In this document: one piece after another, positions 1 through 13,965 of the stretch
How positions within the stretch are numbered: the first letter of the stretch is position 1
How the letters are laid out: each line of letters begins with the position of its first letter
NCBI GenBank assembly: GCA_028534125.1
Contig: CM052818.1
Span: forward strand, 24,492,001 to 24,556,000
Length of the DNA stretch: 64,000 bases
Reading direction: 5' to 3'
DNA from: Lama glama
Taxonomy: Eukaryota
The notes under the pieces: model-generated
Seen by the model: only the letters and a program-made list of their open reading frames with translations
Database searches by the model: none
What the model was told of the DNA's origin: nothing
Program-made: the position numbers and the translations under genes

Positions 1-850
1 CTTTTCTGCTGTGTTTTTCCTGCTATTTTATTTACTTTTGCTTTAATATTTACTATTTCCTTCCTTCTACTAATTTGGAGCTTTGTTTGGTCATCTTTTT
101 CTAGTTCCGTTAGGTGTAAAGTTAGATTGTTTACTTGGGATTTTTCTTATTTCTTGAGGTAGACCTATATATTGCCATGAACTTCCATCTTGGAACCACT
201 TTCACTACATCCCATAGATTTGGTATGTTTATTTCTGTTTTCGTTTGTCTCTAGGTATTATTTTTGAATTTCTCCTTTGATTTTTTTCAATGACCCATTG
301 GTTGCTCAGTTGCATGTTGTTTAATCTCCACATTTTTATGGGTTTCCCCATTTTTACCTTGTGATTGAGTTCTAGTTTTATATAAGTGTGGTCAGAGAAA
401 GGGGGGAGTGTATAGCTCAAATGGCAGAGTGCATGCTTAGCATGCACGAAGTCCTGGGTTCAGAACCCAGTATCACCTCTAAAAATAAGTAAACCTGATT
501 ACCCACCCACCAAAATAAAAATATAATTAAATAATGTAACAATAAATAAATAAAAATATTTTTTAAATTGTGGTCAGAGAAGATGCTCAATATAATTTAA
601 ATCTTCTTGAATTTATTGAGACTTGTTTTGTTACATAACATGTGATCTATACTGGAGAATATTCCATGTGCCCTTGGTGAGACTATCTCTCTGCCTCAGT
701 GCAATCCTTTAACCCTTTGCTGTGGAGGCCCTCTTCATCCAGTTTTCAAGTCTTTGTCCAAGGGAATTATTCTATAGGTAGTTGTAAATCTGTTGTGTTT
801 GTGGGAGGAAGTGAGTTCAGGGTCTACCTATGCCGCCATCTTTAACTCCC
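1..850 (-). mobile_element. LINE-1 fragment: 5'-end segment (~677-850) joined to ORF2 endonuclease region (1-676), interrupted by a SINE
   Basis: The reverse complement of ~636-676 reads AHGIFSSIDHML (L1 EN motif AHGTFSRIDHML). The reverse complement near 845 begins AAGATGGCGGC, typical of L1 5' ends. Confidence 0.8.
400..568 (+). mobile_element. tRNA-derived SINE (camelid Vic-1-like) inserted in L1
   Basis: GGGGAGTGTATAGCTCAAATGGCAGAG (A box), GGGTTCAGAACCC (B box), A-rich tail; 13-bp TSD TGTGGTCAGAGAA at 387-399 and 569-581. Confidence 0.9.
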
Positions 851-3229
851 TTCAGTTGGTAAATTGTTTCTAGCAATTAAATAAGTGACCGCATATGGAA
901 ACAGAGCACATATGCTGATCACATTTCCTCATGGGGTTATTTGTTTATCAGCATGACCTGAATTCTGTGTATGTAAAATGTAAGTAGTAACATTTTCTAG
1001 ACCCTAAGCCCTTTGCAGACAGGGAGCAGCTCATCGAGCTCTGAGTTTCCTAAGACCAAGGAACAAACTGAATTGAAACAACACAACTATCTCATTGGTC
1101 ACAATATTCAGTGCTGCCCTGGCGTTGTGCAGAACTCGATGCTGGGTATAGGAAATCAGAACTAAAGGATAGTCACTAATTCAAAAAAAAAACCCTCATT
1201 AAGGAGTAATTGTTATTTGCATATGTTATGACTAGGGTGTAAAATAGGTAACAAAACACTCTTTGTAAACACTACACAAAACATGGGACTCCCTCAACCC
1301 TGAGCTGGAGAGGATGAAGAGTTAGGGAAGACACTGTATTATACATAGGGTGCCTGTTTTCCATTGCTAATAATTTTGCTGTGGAGATTGTACCAACACC
1401 CATAAAACAAAGAACCGTAAAGAAATGCAAAATTAGATGTCAGTTTAAAAAGCATGGGCTCCTTGTTATGTAAAAAGAGTTCAGAGAAACAATCAAAGCT
1501 TTGACACCAGGAAAAATAATCAAGAAAGGTCCTATGGAAAAAGAGGGTTTTGAAGTCCAGAGATCCACCACCCTATTTAAAACTCCATGGTGAGACCCAC
1601 CAAGCAATGCGTCTGTTGTTAAAATGTCTTAGGTGTGATCATTTTCTAGCTCTAAATTTTTCAGGAGAGCTACTTTGATACTGAACAGTATTAGGTTTGT
1701 TTTGTCCGCTTGTTTTATTATCCCTCCTGGCCATTACGTTAGCAGTGGTACTTCGGCTGCCTCTATTAATAGATGCTCATTAGCAGCCCTTCCATGAACT
1801 AATTTCAGGATTATACTGAAAGCTACAAACTTACCTTTTCGATCATTTATTAACAGTTGGACGCCTGCATTTGCTACTCTTGTGGACGTTCAAGTGTGGG
1901 CACATTAGTCAGGGAAGTCACTTCCACTTTATCTTAGAAGGAAATAGAATGCAAGTCAGCCTAATACCTACAAGGTTGGTTCTTCTCTGTCCCCAGAGTG
2001 GAAGGGGGTTAGGGTAGGAGAATCCAGGCCCTTTCCAGAACCCCAAGTGTCTCTAGCTGACTCTTCTAAAGAGGAAAGATCCAGAGGCAAGGTCTGTAAA
2101 TGGGAATCAGATTATTCTCAAGTGCCTTGGCATTCTCTGCCTTCTCTGGGCCTGAACAGGTGTGTCTTCCTGCCTGCAATCTGTGATTTCCCAAACTTTC
2201 ATTTCAATTTCTTATGGACCACAAAAATGACCCTTGAAATCACAGGAATTTGCAGTACAGAGAATACAGATGGTCTAAAATGCTTTCAAATGTCCATCCT
2301 CTCTGGAGCCCTCCAACATCATGTAATTACAGAAGCGCTGCATAGACTCAGTGAGACTAAATTTGAGTAACTGTGTTGCGAGATGTGGGCCAGCCCAATT
2401 TGCCATCCATTGCCCTGCCTCTCACCCAGCAGGCTTCCCTGTGCTTGTAAAGTAACTGTCATATCCAGTCTGGACTTTTAAAGGGAAAACTATAAAACCA
2501 ACTGTCTTCTCATGTAATTTAAAACAGGAAAGTTTAGCCAGAATAATTGGACGTGAAGCTGGCTTATGAATACATCATAAACCTGCGTGGAAAAGAGAGT
2601 ATCGTTCATCATCTTATTTACTTGTTTGCTGAGCGAGGGGAGCTCACCGATTATGTAAAAGCATCAGGAGCGCCTGCAGAGCAAAGTATAAATAGAGCAA
2701 CTCTAGCAATGAAGCTCACTATTCAAGTGGGGGACGTACTTATCCATGTCTAGCAGCTCATGAGATGACACCAGAAGCAACTGTTTATCCAAACAAGGCC
2801 AAGTTAAAGTGGAATGCTTAGGGAATGGTGTTGCCAAAAGGCATCTTTGGGAGGGGCTTTCACCTCCCCACCCCATCTCTCCATTGGCCACCCCCACCTC
2901 CCACCAAAACACCTCCTAAGAAAAAAATAAAGGATTTGATAGCCAAAGGCAAATGCAACTTTGAGGGAAGTCCCCTGTTCCAACCTGATTCTGACATTGA
3001 GCCTTTTATATAAAAATTATGTATCTTCCACTGGGTGTAAGAGAGATTCTTCAGGATTCATGATACCCTGACTCTACCCCTCATCTGGTGCCTTCTACCC
3101 AATCACCACATCTTTTTGTTTAAAGAAAAAGGGAAAAAAGAGAAGAAGAGGAAAAATACCCCTGTCTGTCCATGAGAAGACCATTAGGAGCCACAAACAA
3201 AAAGAAGCTGAAAATATTTTTTAAAAAAT

Positions 3230-3335
3230 TTTTGAAGTATATATACATATGCATGTGTATGTATAACTGAGTCGCTTTGCTGTACACCTGGAACTAACAC
3301 TGTCAATCAACAACACATCAATAAAAAATAAAAGT
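3230..3335 (+). mobile_element. Short L1 3'-end fragment
   Basis: GTATAACTGAGTCGCTTTGCTGTACACCTGGAACTAACAC...AATAAAAAATAAAA resembles the end of the copy at 21720-21800. Confidence 0.7.
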
Positions 3336-3426
3336 TTTTTAAAGCCATAAACATGGCAAAAAGAACTACTACGTGTTGAGTGCCTACGATAAGCCAGGCA
3401 TTATTTTATATATATATTTTTTTATT

Positions 3427-3549
3427 TATAACTACTTTATATATTTTATATATATAATTTAACTATACATTTTTATACATTATATAGCTACTTTATATAT
3501 TTTATATATAATTTAACTACATTTTTATACGTTATATAACTGCTTTATA
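3427..3549. repeat. AT-rich tandem duplication, ~52-56-bp unit x ~2.3, inside a MIR-like relic (~3360-3640)
   Basis: Unit TATA(A/G)CTACTTTATATATTTTATATA...CATTTTTATAC(A/G)TTA starts at 3427, 3483 and (partial) 3535; flanked by MIR core ACAAATGAGGAAACTGAGGCTTAG. Confidence 0.8.
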
Positions 3550-4133
3550 AACTTTCCCTCATTAAATATTTCAATGCAATTTGAGAAACTGTTTATCATT
3601 CCCACTGTACAAATGAGGAAACTGAGGCTTAGCAAGATGGCGTGCCCCTACTCACACAACTAACCACACTTAAAACCACTGCAGCGCAAATTTCTGTTCT
3701 CTCTCCTTTCCTATACCCTGCTGCCAACAACTGTATGCCTTGGTTTGTCTTGGAGCAATCACAGAGGAGCTAGTGGAATGCAGTGGGAAGCCCCACATGT
3801 CACCTCCTCAAAACCTAAGACTTCAACCCTCCAGGGAAGCTGTTGTATTAAATGGAAAAACTAAGGAGCCAGAAATTATAGACCCGAGTTCTAGTCCCCT
3901 GAAGTTAGGCAAATATGAACTCCTCTTTCATCTTCTGGAGAAGATGGAACACTATTCCTGCCTCACAGAATTGTGGGAATTAAACATATAATTTTTATCC
4001 CTGCAGTGACTTGGAATCATTTGTGAAGTTTTTTAAAAAGCTACACTTTCCTAGCACTAACGAAAGCCTAAGCAGTCGGATTCTCTAGTGGGTGGTGGGC
4101 TGGAACACGTAGGCAAACTGTGTTTTTTCACTT

Positions 4134-4175
4134 CCTGGGTTCAATCCCCAGTACCTCCATTTTTTTTTTAAATAT
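4134..4175 (+). mobile_element. 5'-truncated tRNA-SINE fragment
   Basis: CCTGGGTTCAATCCCCAGTACCTCCAT matches the 3' half of the other SINE heads. Confidence 0.7.
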
Positions 4176-5061
4176 TACTTTTTTAAACTATTAAGAAGAG
4201 AGGGGGCTGTTTCCAAGCTCTCTCCCTCCTTCATCCAGTCTGAGCCCCTTACAATCCCGCACCGTTCCTATAACCGGCAGGCAGCCTGTCAGGAAAAGGA
4301 TGAACAAAGAAGACAGAGCTGGGAAAAGTCAGGTATGAATGCCGAGAGCTCCAAGCCCAGCAGAGAGTTTCAACCGCCCCCACATCCATGCCCTAAAATA
4401 GACACAAAATTGCACATGCTTGTATTTCATTGGCCGGGTTAAGAGTTAGCAGAAATGAATAGCTGCGTGCCTTTTTCTTAATGGAAGTACGGCTTTGTCA
4501 GGAAAATAAAACTGAAGGGCCGTGAGATGAAACCTGTCTCCCGATCAGATGGCCAGCTGGCCAGCACGTGGCAAACCAAATGCACCAAGACCGGTGTCCC
4601 TGTGGCTGCCTGGCCGAGGACCTTCCCATGAGTGCCTGGGCTGCGATGGTAGAAAGTCAAGTTTCAGCCTGACTCACTCCTGACCTCCTTTAGAAATACT
4701 GCTGTTCTTCCTGGCCCGGAGGTGAAGGAGCCGAGTTAGAGATGTCTCAGCTGTCAGAGTCGGCACTCCCATGGAAGCGCTGATGACATAAAATCATTTT
4801 TCCTCCTCCTCAACCTCCCTCCTCTCTTACCTCCCTTTCCTTTCTGCCTTCTTCCCTCACGGTTTCCCTTTTGCCACCTCCTCCCTTATCTTTTCCCTCT
4901 TCCTTTGTCTCCTTCTGTTTCTCCTTTTTCTTCAAAGAAAACCCTATGAAGTCACAGCCACAGTTATTCTTTCTCGGGCTCATTGCTAAGCCGGTTGCAA
5001 GGCCACAGTTTCAAAGATGCAAAAAACAAAAAGCCAACGAACATTCGTCATTTGCTTGAGA

Positions 5062-5097
5062 TGAAAAAAAGAAAGAAAGAAAGAAAGAAACAAGAAA
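5062..5097. repeat. (GAAA)n microsatellite
   Basis: gaaagaaagaaagaaagaaa. Confidence 0.85.
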
Positions 5098-6920
5098 TAA
5101 TGATCCACGTCTCTCAAATCAGATAAAAATAATCTTGTGCACTAGACGCAATTTCGGTCAAATTCTGCAAACACCAAACTCTGATAGAAAGAAGTAATTT
5201 TTATTTTTAAATTACCCTATTGTAGAGAAGCTCTCCTAGGGCTAAATCACCATTTTCACGCCATCTCATGGATGGGAAACTGAATTATAATCACATCTCT
5301 CTTACAGCATTGTAATGCTAATTAAGATATTTATTTGAATCCTTATGGCTGTTTCTAAAACTTAAAAGAAGAAAAAAATCGCTGCTATAAGCCCGAAGTG
5401 ATTTAAGAAGACCTTTCCTTGTCAGATGGGCTAACAACTTACTAGAATGAAAGACTGAAGGGGGGTAAAATACCTTGTAATTGTGGTGTTTGAAACCTGT
5501 TTTAAAATGTTGATAAGTTTTGTTTTATGTCAGACAGCATCCCTGAAGGAGACTACTAGGGTATATTTCAATTCTATTTCCATTTCTTCTGTTTTGGAAT
5601 ACTTTACCAACATTGAATTGGACAGAGAATTTCTACTGTTTCCCATGATCTCTTATGGGTTGATGGGAAATTGAAAACATTACCAGTGTTTTGCAATGTT
5701 TGGAAAGGATCCCCTGCTATCCTGTCCACAGCAAACTTTGCCATGTGCTGACAGTAGGAGATGAGGCAGTTGTCATGATGACTCCTTGTAAATTTTAGCC
5801 CATTTCTGAATTCTGATTCCCTGTGGGAAACCTACAAGGTCAAAGGACAGCTGCCCTCACTGTCAATTCCTGCTTATTCTCTGCCGTTACTCCTCTGTAG
5901 ATACAGACACCTCGGAATCCAACTTCACACCCCAGCCCCTTCCCTGCATTGTCAGGAGCACATAGCTTGAGTTCCCCCAAATTAGGGAGCCCTACATGAC
6001 CTCTTCTCTCTTCAACTCCTCCCACAAAGGCTTTTATGAATAGGGGGGTTATATCAGACCAAGGAAGGCAGTTGAGGATTGCAGGTGGAACTTGGACTTG
6101 ATTTTGATCGTTACAGAAGGAAAGCCCAGTTTCCTCTGATGCACCAGCAGATCTTTTGCTTTCTAAGCCAAAACTTTAGTGTAAGTTAAAAAAAGCACTC
6201 GGGGGTATCTCCCTGTCACAAAAGCTGGGCATGCAGCCAGGACACTGTGCTATTAGCCTCGGGTGAGCCAAGATTCCCAGAACACACTGGTCAGCATTTT
6301 TCATCCAAAGATGAGGATGTCTCGCTGAAATCTCAGACAGAAGAAACAAAGTTACCTGTCTCTGCACGCAAGGAAGTTATTTGGCTCCTCCTCCCAGAAG
6401 AATGTTTTCATCTTTTAGAAAGCATTAGAGGCCCCAGGTAAATGTAATCATCTGTAAAATCAGAAAAGTACATAGGCTAAGGACTACAGTGTGCTTTCTC
6501 TTTTCCCCCATCTGCTCTCTCTATATAAAACTCAATAAATCAAACTGTATCATGGTCATTTTAACCTGTTTGGTCATACCCAATTTGTTGTCATTCAGAA
6601 ACAGTCTTTCTAGCTACTGATACTTTATTCAAAAATGTTCTGCCTGATTCATTACCATTCCCTTTTTGACAAGGCAATAATTACACACCATTTGCAATGA
6701 GTTTATCAAAGCAAAACACAGTGAGCAATGGGAAATAGGACATTTTTGTAATGTAAGCCTCATAGTCCAGGTGTCCTAAAAGGTAGCAGAGGGGAGAAAT
6801 ACTGATACAGTGAAAAGTAGATCCAAAAGTAGTTACTAATAGCAGTTTTCATTAATAACAATGTCAGAGTTAAACATTTTCAAGTCAACTGTCAGTAGTT
6901 GAAAGATAATACCCCATGCC

Positions 6921-6948
6921 TTTCTAGTTTTTTTGTTTGTTTCTTTGG

Positions 6949-6988
<40 letters not shown>

Positions 6989-7108
6989 TTGGGGAGGTAA
7001 TTAAGTGTATTTACTTATTTATTTAATGGAGGTACTGGGGATTGAACCCATGACCTCGTGCATGCTGAGCATACTGTCTACCACGTGCGCTACCACCCCC
7101 ACCCCCAC
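6921..7108 (-). mobile_element. tRNA-derived SINE with a microsatellite in its tail
   Basis: ATGGAGGTACTGGGGATTGAACCCATGACCTCGTGCATGCTGAGC; probable TSD CCCCATGCC at 6912-6920 and 7109-7117. Confidence 0.88.
6950..6987. repeat. (TG)19 perfect microsatellite
   Basis: Uninterrupted TG run. Confidence 0.97.
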
Positions 7109-10100
7109 CCCCATGCCATTTGGAAGGCTGTGTCCCTTAGCTCCACCACTGAGACAAATGAGTTGTTCTCCTCCTCCTAATATTGGGCCTGTAGGCCTGG
7201 ATGGGAGGACATACCTTCATGCAACCCATTTGCCACGTGTTTATTTACTTCAGAATACAGCATTGTTCACCACTAGGTAAAACATAAATTAAGTATACGG
7301 TTACTTAAAATTTTTCACTTTTTAACCTCAGTTCTGTTACCTGTGGGTTTCACTTAGATGGGCTTATTCGTTGACTTACATAACTATATGAAATTAGCAT
7401 CGTGTGTGTCAACGTTGTGATTAACATCTTCAAATGAGTGGTTTCACAGACCGACAGGTGGGGTAATTTTAGCAAAGCCTTACCTTGTTGTTCGTGCTCT
7501 TTGACTCCTGCACATAGTCTAGGAGAGAGGTTGGGATCCCAATACACTCCAGCGTAAGAATCCTCTGAGCTCAGAGGAACACCAAGGGCAGCATTAGGTG
7601 GCTTCCTGAAAGATGACCTCTCGTTTACCTAAACAGGAAGAACCTGAGGGCAGGGAGGAGACACATTGGAAAGATGATACAGGCAGAGATGTGGACAGAA
7701 GCTGAAGCCCAAAGAGGAGATTGAAGTCAGGAAATAACATACACCAGGAAGGCTTGTGTGTCCCCACTGTCAGCCATTACCATTTTAATGCAGGTTACTT
7801 TGTCAGGGATCAGACTGGAGCAGGGGAGACTGGTGAGATGGTGAAACACAAGAGGGGGTTGCCATTTGGGTTTGGAACTGGGAGCTGTGGAATATGACTG
7901 GGATAGCTTTTGAGGATAAAAATAAGAGTTAACATTTATTCAGCTCTTTCTCTAAGCCATGCCCTTATAAATGCTTTAGCAGCGCAAGAGAGGGAAACTG
8001 TTAAAATACTTACATGGCTTAGCGCCCCCCAGAAAATTAGAAAAATATTTCCAGTGCATTACAGAACTCATTAGACCCTGTCTGACTTTACAGCATTCCT
8101 GAATTTGAAAGTAGAGACCAGCCCAAGTGGTCCTGTGCTCCACAGGAATTGATCCAGTCAAATCAGGAACAAATCCATAAAAAAGTAAAATCAGGAGACA
8201 AAAGCAAAGCTAGCAGCCTGCCCTGTGTTAACTGACGACGAAAGAGAAACAGTGAACTCCTAGCTGACCTTTGAGTCACAGCTGTCCTGTGAACCTCAAA
8301 TCACTGGGCTCCTACTCTAAAGTCAGAGGCACATTGTGTGGTCCTGGTCCGGGTTCTGGAATGAACAGGTACCAGGACAGCCATAGAAGCAGATGGTGTG
8401 ATCCTGGGCCACCAAAGTAGTAGGAGCATCTGAAGGTGTTGTCCTGCTTGAGATTTTCAGTCTCCACGTATCCCTCCTTTTATCCACTAATTGCCCACTC
8501 AAAATGCCCACCATCTGTTATTTCTTTGAAGGTTGGCCTGGAAATTCCCTATAAAATACTGACCTGTTATATGAGTTATGGTAAGCTACAAATAGATGAT
8601 CTGCTAAGTAGCTTCTGAACACCTAGCCTGGAAAGCAGAAGAGACAGCAGACATATTTAGGTTGTGCAGAGCGGGTGAGGACCACTCCCAGCAATGCTCA
8701 CTGACCTGGAGGGAGTTGCTGTTTGGTTCCTGCTCCACTGGGCCTTGGATGATCTGGGAGGCGCCAGAAGGACACCTGGAGAGGGAGGACGGGGTTGGGA
8801 AAAGCAGACTCCAGAGACGCTGAGGAAGACTTCACCTGATGCATAGCTGAAGAGTTTATGATTCCTCTGTTGGCATCCAGCAGTTGTGTGCTTTGGTCTT
8901 GAACATGTGAGGGTTCTCACATACGTGTGTATACACGTTCGTACGTGAAAATGGACAGAGAGAGGCAGGTATCAAAGCAGATACATGTGCTGAGTCCTAA
9001 TACCCTCAAACCAGGCATCGGGAGCCATGTGGCCATTACTCCCAGCACTGGCAGCCATGCTTAAGCTTTCTGAAGATTTCTGAATACCCATGATCGTCCA
9101 TGCCTGTTAATTTTCCATGGCCCATTTAACTGAACGGTGATGCGGTTACTGTTTTTCTTTTAGGAAAGTGGAGTTTATTGCCCCGCCGTCTCTGGAAATT
9201 CTCCACAGCTTGCAAGTTTGGAACACCCAAAGCAAGCACAATAAATGATCCCCAGTGTAATATCCCCAGTGCTTCTGCCAAAAGGAAGGCTTGGCAGCCT
9301 GCAAGAGTTGACACAGCTCTCTTCCCTGCTGTACTAGCTGCAGGGTGGACGTGCCCCCATCCTGCCCTCTCCCTAAACCACAGAGTAAAATGATCACTTT
9401 TGAAAAACATTTAAGATGGAGGGGGGAAAAATTACACTGGGGATGGTGTCCCAGTGGCTGGGCTGGTGTTAAGCAAAACTGTGAAGAAACAAGGGGAACT
9501 TCGAGTACCCCGTTTCCTCTGTGCCCCGTTGCTTACCTACTGCTGATGCCCCTACTCAGTTATTCATACACCCGTGAATAACTGCCCCCTCTCGTACAGA
9601 ATACTTCCAGCAAGAGCCATCATGTCATTCGTTACATTCACCAGCTGCAATTGCACATGAAGCTCAATATTTAGTTGTCGGTGATGGCTTTGTCCCTTTT
9701 TGAAAGATCGCAACGTTAACTAGCAGGTACAGGGTTGTGGGAAACGCTTACTCCATCTACTGGTCAAACTCATTCTGTCCAGAAGAGGCTATTTTCCTGG
9801 GCTGTGGACTGTGTGTGTGAGGGGTTGGGATGGAGTAGGAATTGAGGAATGCTGTTGTGAGCAGACATTGTTGACATGTAACGGTAGGTTTTAGTCCTGA
9901 GTCACTTTGTGATCTTCCCAGTAGGTTAGCTATGGCTGCCGATGCCACCAGGAACTGGATTTTGAGGCTGAAAATCTGAAATCAAAAGGTGCCATCATTT
10001 CTGAACTCAAAGGGGGATGGCCTACAGGGAAGAGTGAACTTGGTTATCTACTTTAGACTATAAAGAGTTAAAACCAGCATACCATGGTTGAGTTCTTAAA

Positions 10101-13100
10101 TTCTGGCCAGGGGTGATCTGCAGCTGATGGTGGTGTCACTTCCACAAATCAGACATTAATGTGCTATTTAGTGGCCTGTGCTATTTAGTCAATTGCTTGG
10201 TCCTGACTTGGCCTTACCCCTCTTGTCCACACCTAATCCCATCTCTTCACTTACACTTTGTTGTCCCCAGTGTATGGCTGTGTCCATGGGACTCTTCAGC
10301 CAAGTTCTTCATGTAGCTGCCAGAGGAAGACAGCACTGATGCACAGAGAGGAGCTCTTGAGTCCAGGCCGCTCTGCCCAAGAATTTAAAAATTGATACTG
10401 TTTCCTGGAGGAAAGAAAGGGGCCAGAGAGTCTTCTGTCTTTAGTGCTCCCTCCTCGCCTCTCTGCGGTGCTCACGATGCCTTCAGGAAGCTGCATCTCT
10501 TCTGACTAGCACTGGGTGATCAGTACAAAAGAATGACCAGAAAAAGGAACCATCACTTTGTGTCTTCCCTTAGGTTGCCTAGTAATTATGTCCTCTCCTC
10601 TCCCCACTCTCTGGGCTGTATTGAAATGACTTTTCCTTCTCCTCTTCTTCATTGCTTTTTCAATTATATAAAATACTTACAGATTTTAAAAACTAAGATA
10701 GATGCAGTATACTGAAGAATACATTATGAATTCATTCATAATCTCTTTTCTTTCTGCTCTACACTTTGTTCATCAAATTTTGACTTAGAATCATGGGACC
10801 AGATACTCTCCCATCTTCTATTCATGTATCACTTTTTGTGTTTTTCGTGTTTTGCTCATGTATCACTCTGCTGGAATTTCACTCTCTCCTCACCTCCCAG
10901 ATTCTATCCACTCTCATGAAATAAGGGGACCATCCATCCCTTGGAAGCTGGCTTTTTCACCCATAGCTTTGCTGAATCCACCCTCTTAAGGATAACTCAT
11001 GTTTTTCCCAGGTTTCAGGTCTGCAGTTCTTTTTGGACCCCTATAGCAGTGACCATTTGAAGCACCTTGAAGAACTATTCCCTTGGCTTCCGTAACTTTC
11101 AGAAGTCTCCTGCTTAGCTTTTCCCGTTGCCCCTAATGGGTCGTTTAATGGCTTTCCTTTCTCTTCCCAGTACCTAAACATGAAAACCTCCCAAGATGCT
11201 GTTGTCAGCCCCTGCCTGTGCCTTTTTTTGTTTTCTTGTAAAACTTACGACTCTCAGCTCAGCATTGGTCGTTCCCCCATCTATCTCTTTAGCCCCAATC
11301 TTTCTTGTAAACTCCAGGTCCACATTATTAGCTCTCTATAGAAAAAGCCCAAGCCTAGGTCCCTTTGGCTCTTCAAAAATGACAGACAAGTGGCGAAAGC
11401 TGAAATTAAAGGCCCCAGCATCATTTTAAAAATTGAGAGGACAAACTTCTGTAATTACTTTAGAGGTCCAATCTACACGAATTGAAGATCTAATGAGTAT
11501 CCACAATTTAAAAAAAAAATGGAAAGGGACAAGCCTGGGATGGTTGTTGGGAGATGATTCAAGAGGCTCCCACTAGCTCCATGCTTTGGCGTCGGTCCTC
11601 ATTCAATGGCAGCCATTCATTTCAGTATTGAACTTGGCATAGTCATATTTCTAGACTGGAAAAACAAAGAAAATACTTAAGAATGGCCTGATTTTTCCAA
11701 AAATGATAGGCCGCGTGAGAATGAAGATCTTGATAAAATCTAACAGGGACTCTGTCATCAGTGAGCCAGCCCCAGCCTAGTCTGTTTGTCATTGTGTGTG
11801 ACCTCACAGAATTCATGGTCTTTCTAAACTTATCCAGTCAAAGAAACTGTGTGTGGCATAAAGGACAGAACAGTAAGAGTGAGGTCAGGTAAGACAGGAA
11901 GGATTGCCAAGGTCAATGACCCTTCCACGAAGTAGACCAAGTAGGAAGGAGATCAGAGAGAGCAAGAGCTCATGAGAAGCAATTCAGGAGAGAAAGCATT
12001 TAAAGGGCAGAGACCAGTTCCCAGTGTAGGTGCAGAAGTGACGCTAAGGGCTTTGATTACTCAGCACTCATTAGGTAGCACTAAATTGCCGGTGGAGCAG
12101 GGAAGTCACTTGTGTTTCAGATTTACCCCTTCTCCAACCTTCATTTTCTGGCAAGAGCCCTTTTAAGATGACTTAATGGAACTTTTTCTTTTTTCCCTGT
12201 AAATTGCAGAAGCAAGCTAACATACCACATTCAGTAGTGACTCACGTTCTTAATTATCTCCTCCATTTCTTGAAATTAGTTATGCTTCTGTTGGCTTCTG
12301 TTGGAAAGTCATGCCAGTCTATTCAAAAGAAAAACCTTGCTGATCTCCCTGGAACCTTTTGACAAATGAAGCCAGTATGTGAAAAAGATACCACCTTGAG
12401 CTGGAACGCAAAGAACTAAAAGTTAAGTGGAAATTGAGAGAGTGGGTGTCTTCTTCCTGCTGAGTGAACAGAGCTCACGTTTCAGGCATTAAGCTGCAGC
12501 TTGGTACCCTTCTCCTATTACATGAATTCCCAAGAGCCTCAGTTATCAGGTCCTCTTGGTGCATGATATTGCTTTCCTTACTAGAGGGCTAGCTGATTGG
12601 TAATTGGTAATTTAAATGATGCTCAAAGGTGGAAATTTAGAAGAAATGTTCTGGACCTCAGTTTACCAAAGGAGTTGGTTAGATTAGACCAGAACTGGCA
12701 AATACACATTCTCTCATCTGCTAACTCAGATCAGTCAACAGGGCTACCTGGAGCTCTGGGTAGAGGAAGACTTTGAGACCTATGGGAAGGAAGGCAATAC
12801 TGAGTAGGAAGTGCTTGACGAATTTGCTTCACTGCTCACTGGCCTGAGGCATGACCTGAGTTCTTTCTACAGGCCAGACACTGCTACTCACCTTTCTTCC
12901 TCCTGCTCCTCCCTTCTTCCTTCATGTTCCCATCTCTGTTGTAGGCTGCAGGTACTGGAGGTGGATACACATTTGTGTAACGATTCTCTGGTAGCTTGGA
13001 TTACAGGGAGAGAGGCAGTCCTTCCAGTGATGTGGCTATGAAAGAGTCCTGGTTCGTAAGCTTTAAGGTTACTTCCGTCCAGTTTCAAAAAGCAACAGCA

Positions 13101-13827
13101 TACTTTGAAAAGAGACCTAGCACACATAACAGGGCTACGTCTTAGGAAACCTTCCAAATAAAGTAAGTTCCAACTAATGGGAATTCCAAAGAGCAGCACC
13201 CTAACAATGCTAAAAAAAAAAAAAAAAAAGACAGAGGGAGAGAGGTTATGTTTCACCAACTTAACACATTTTCTATCAATCATTAAGCCAAACATTCCAG
13301 AAGCTATGATTCCCAGATTCTGATTTAGAGACTTCATGCTCCATATTTTCTCAAGCAATCACTTCATATTATATTCATCTTTTTAGTGAAGTGGATTTGT
13401 TAAGTGTATAATGATAATTTATTTTGTGTCGCATTCAAAGTCATTTCAAGTCATTAAATAAGAAAAATCAAGATAAAGAGATCTTTGGTCTTACCTTGGA
13501 TCACTTTTTTTAGTTTCAGAAACTGTAATCATGATTCCTGTAGGGCTTAATCAAGCAGAATACTGTCATATGTGTAGGAAAAATGAGGAAGTTTCAGATA
13601 AGATCATCCAATGTCTTGTCATTCAGGGAGCCAGCACACCCCCTCACTACCACCACCACTCTCTCCAAGGACATTCTTTGCATAAAGGGATGAAGTCACA
13701 CACTCTGAGAGATAACTGGAAAGTGGCTGGCCATCTGAAGATAGCTCCTATTGGATGGAACATACATCACTTGTGGGAACAAACACCCTAGGAAATTAAG
13801 GAGGTATAGGAGTCAGTAGCATCTTTA

Positions 13828-13965
13828 TATTTTTAATTTTATTTTTTATTTTTATTTTATTTATTTATTGGGGGTAATTAGGGTTTTTTAATGGACGTAC
13901 TGGGGATTGAACCTAGGACCTCGTGCATGCTTAAACATGCCCTCTGCCCCTGAGGTATACCTTCC
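13828..13965 (-). mobile_element. tRNA-derived SINE
   Basis: T-rich tail, then GTACTGGGGATTGAACCTAGGACCTCGTGCATGCTT...GAGGTATACC; CATCTTTA occurs on both flanks. Confidence 0.88.

Noticed and set aside
8015..8040. CTCF-like AGCGCCCCC (also ~29880)
   Set aside because: Only half of the motif matches; no supporting evidence
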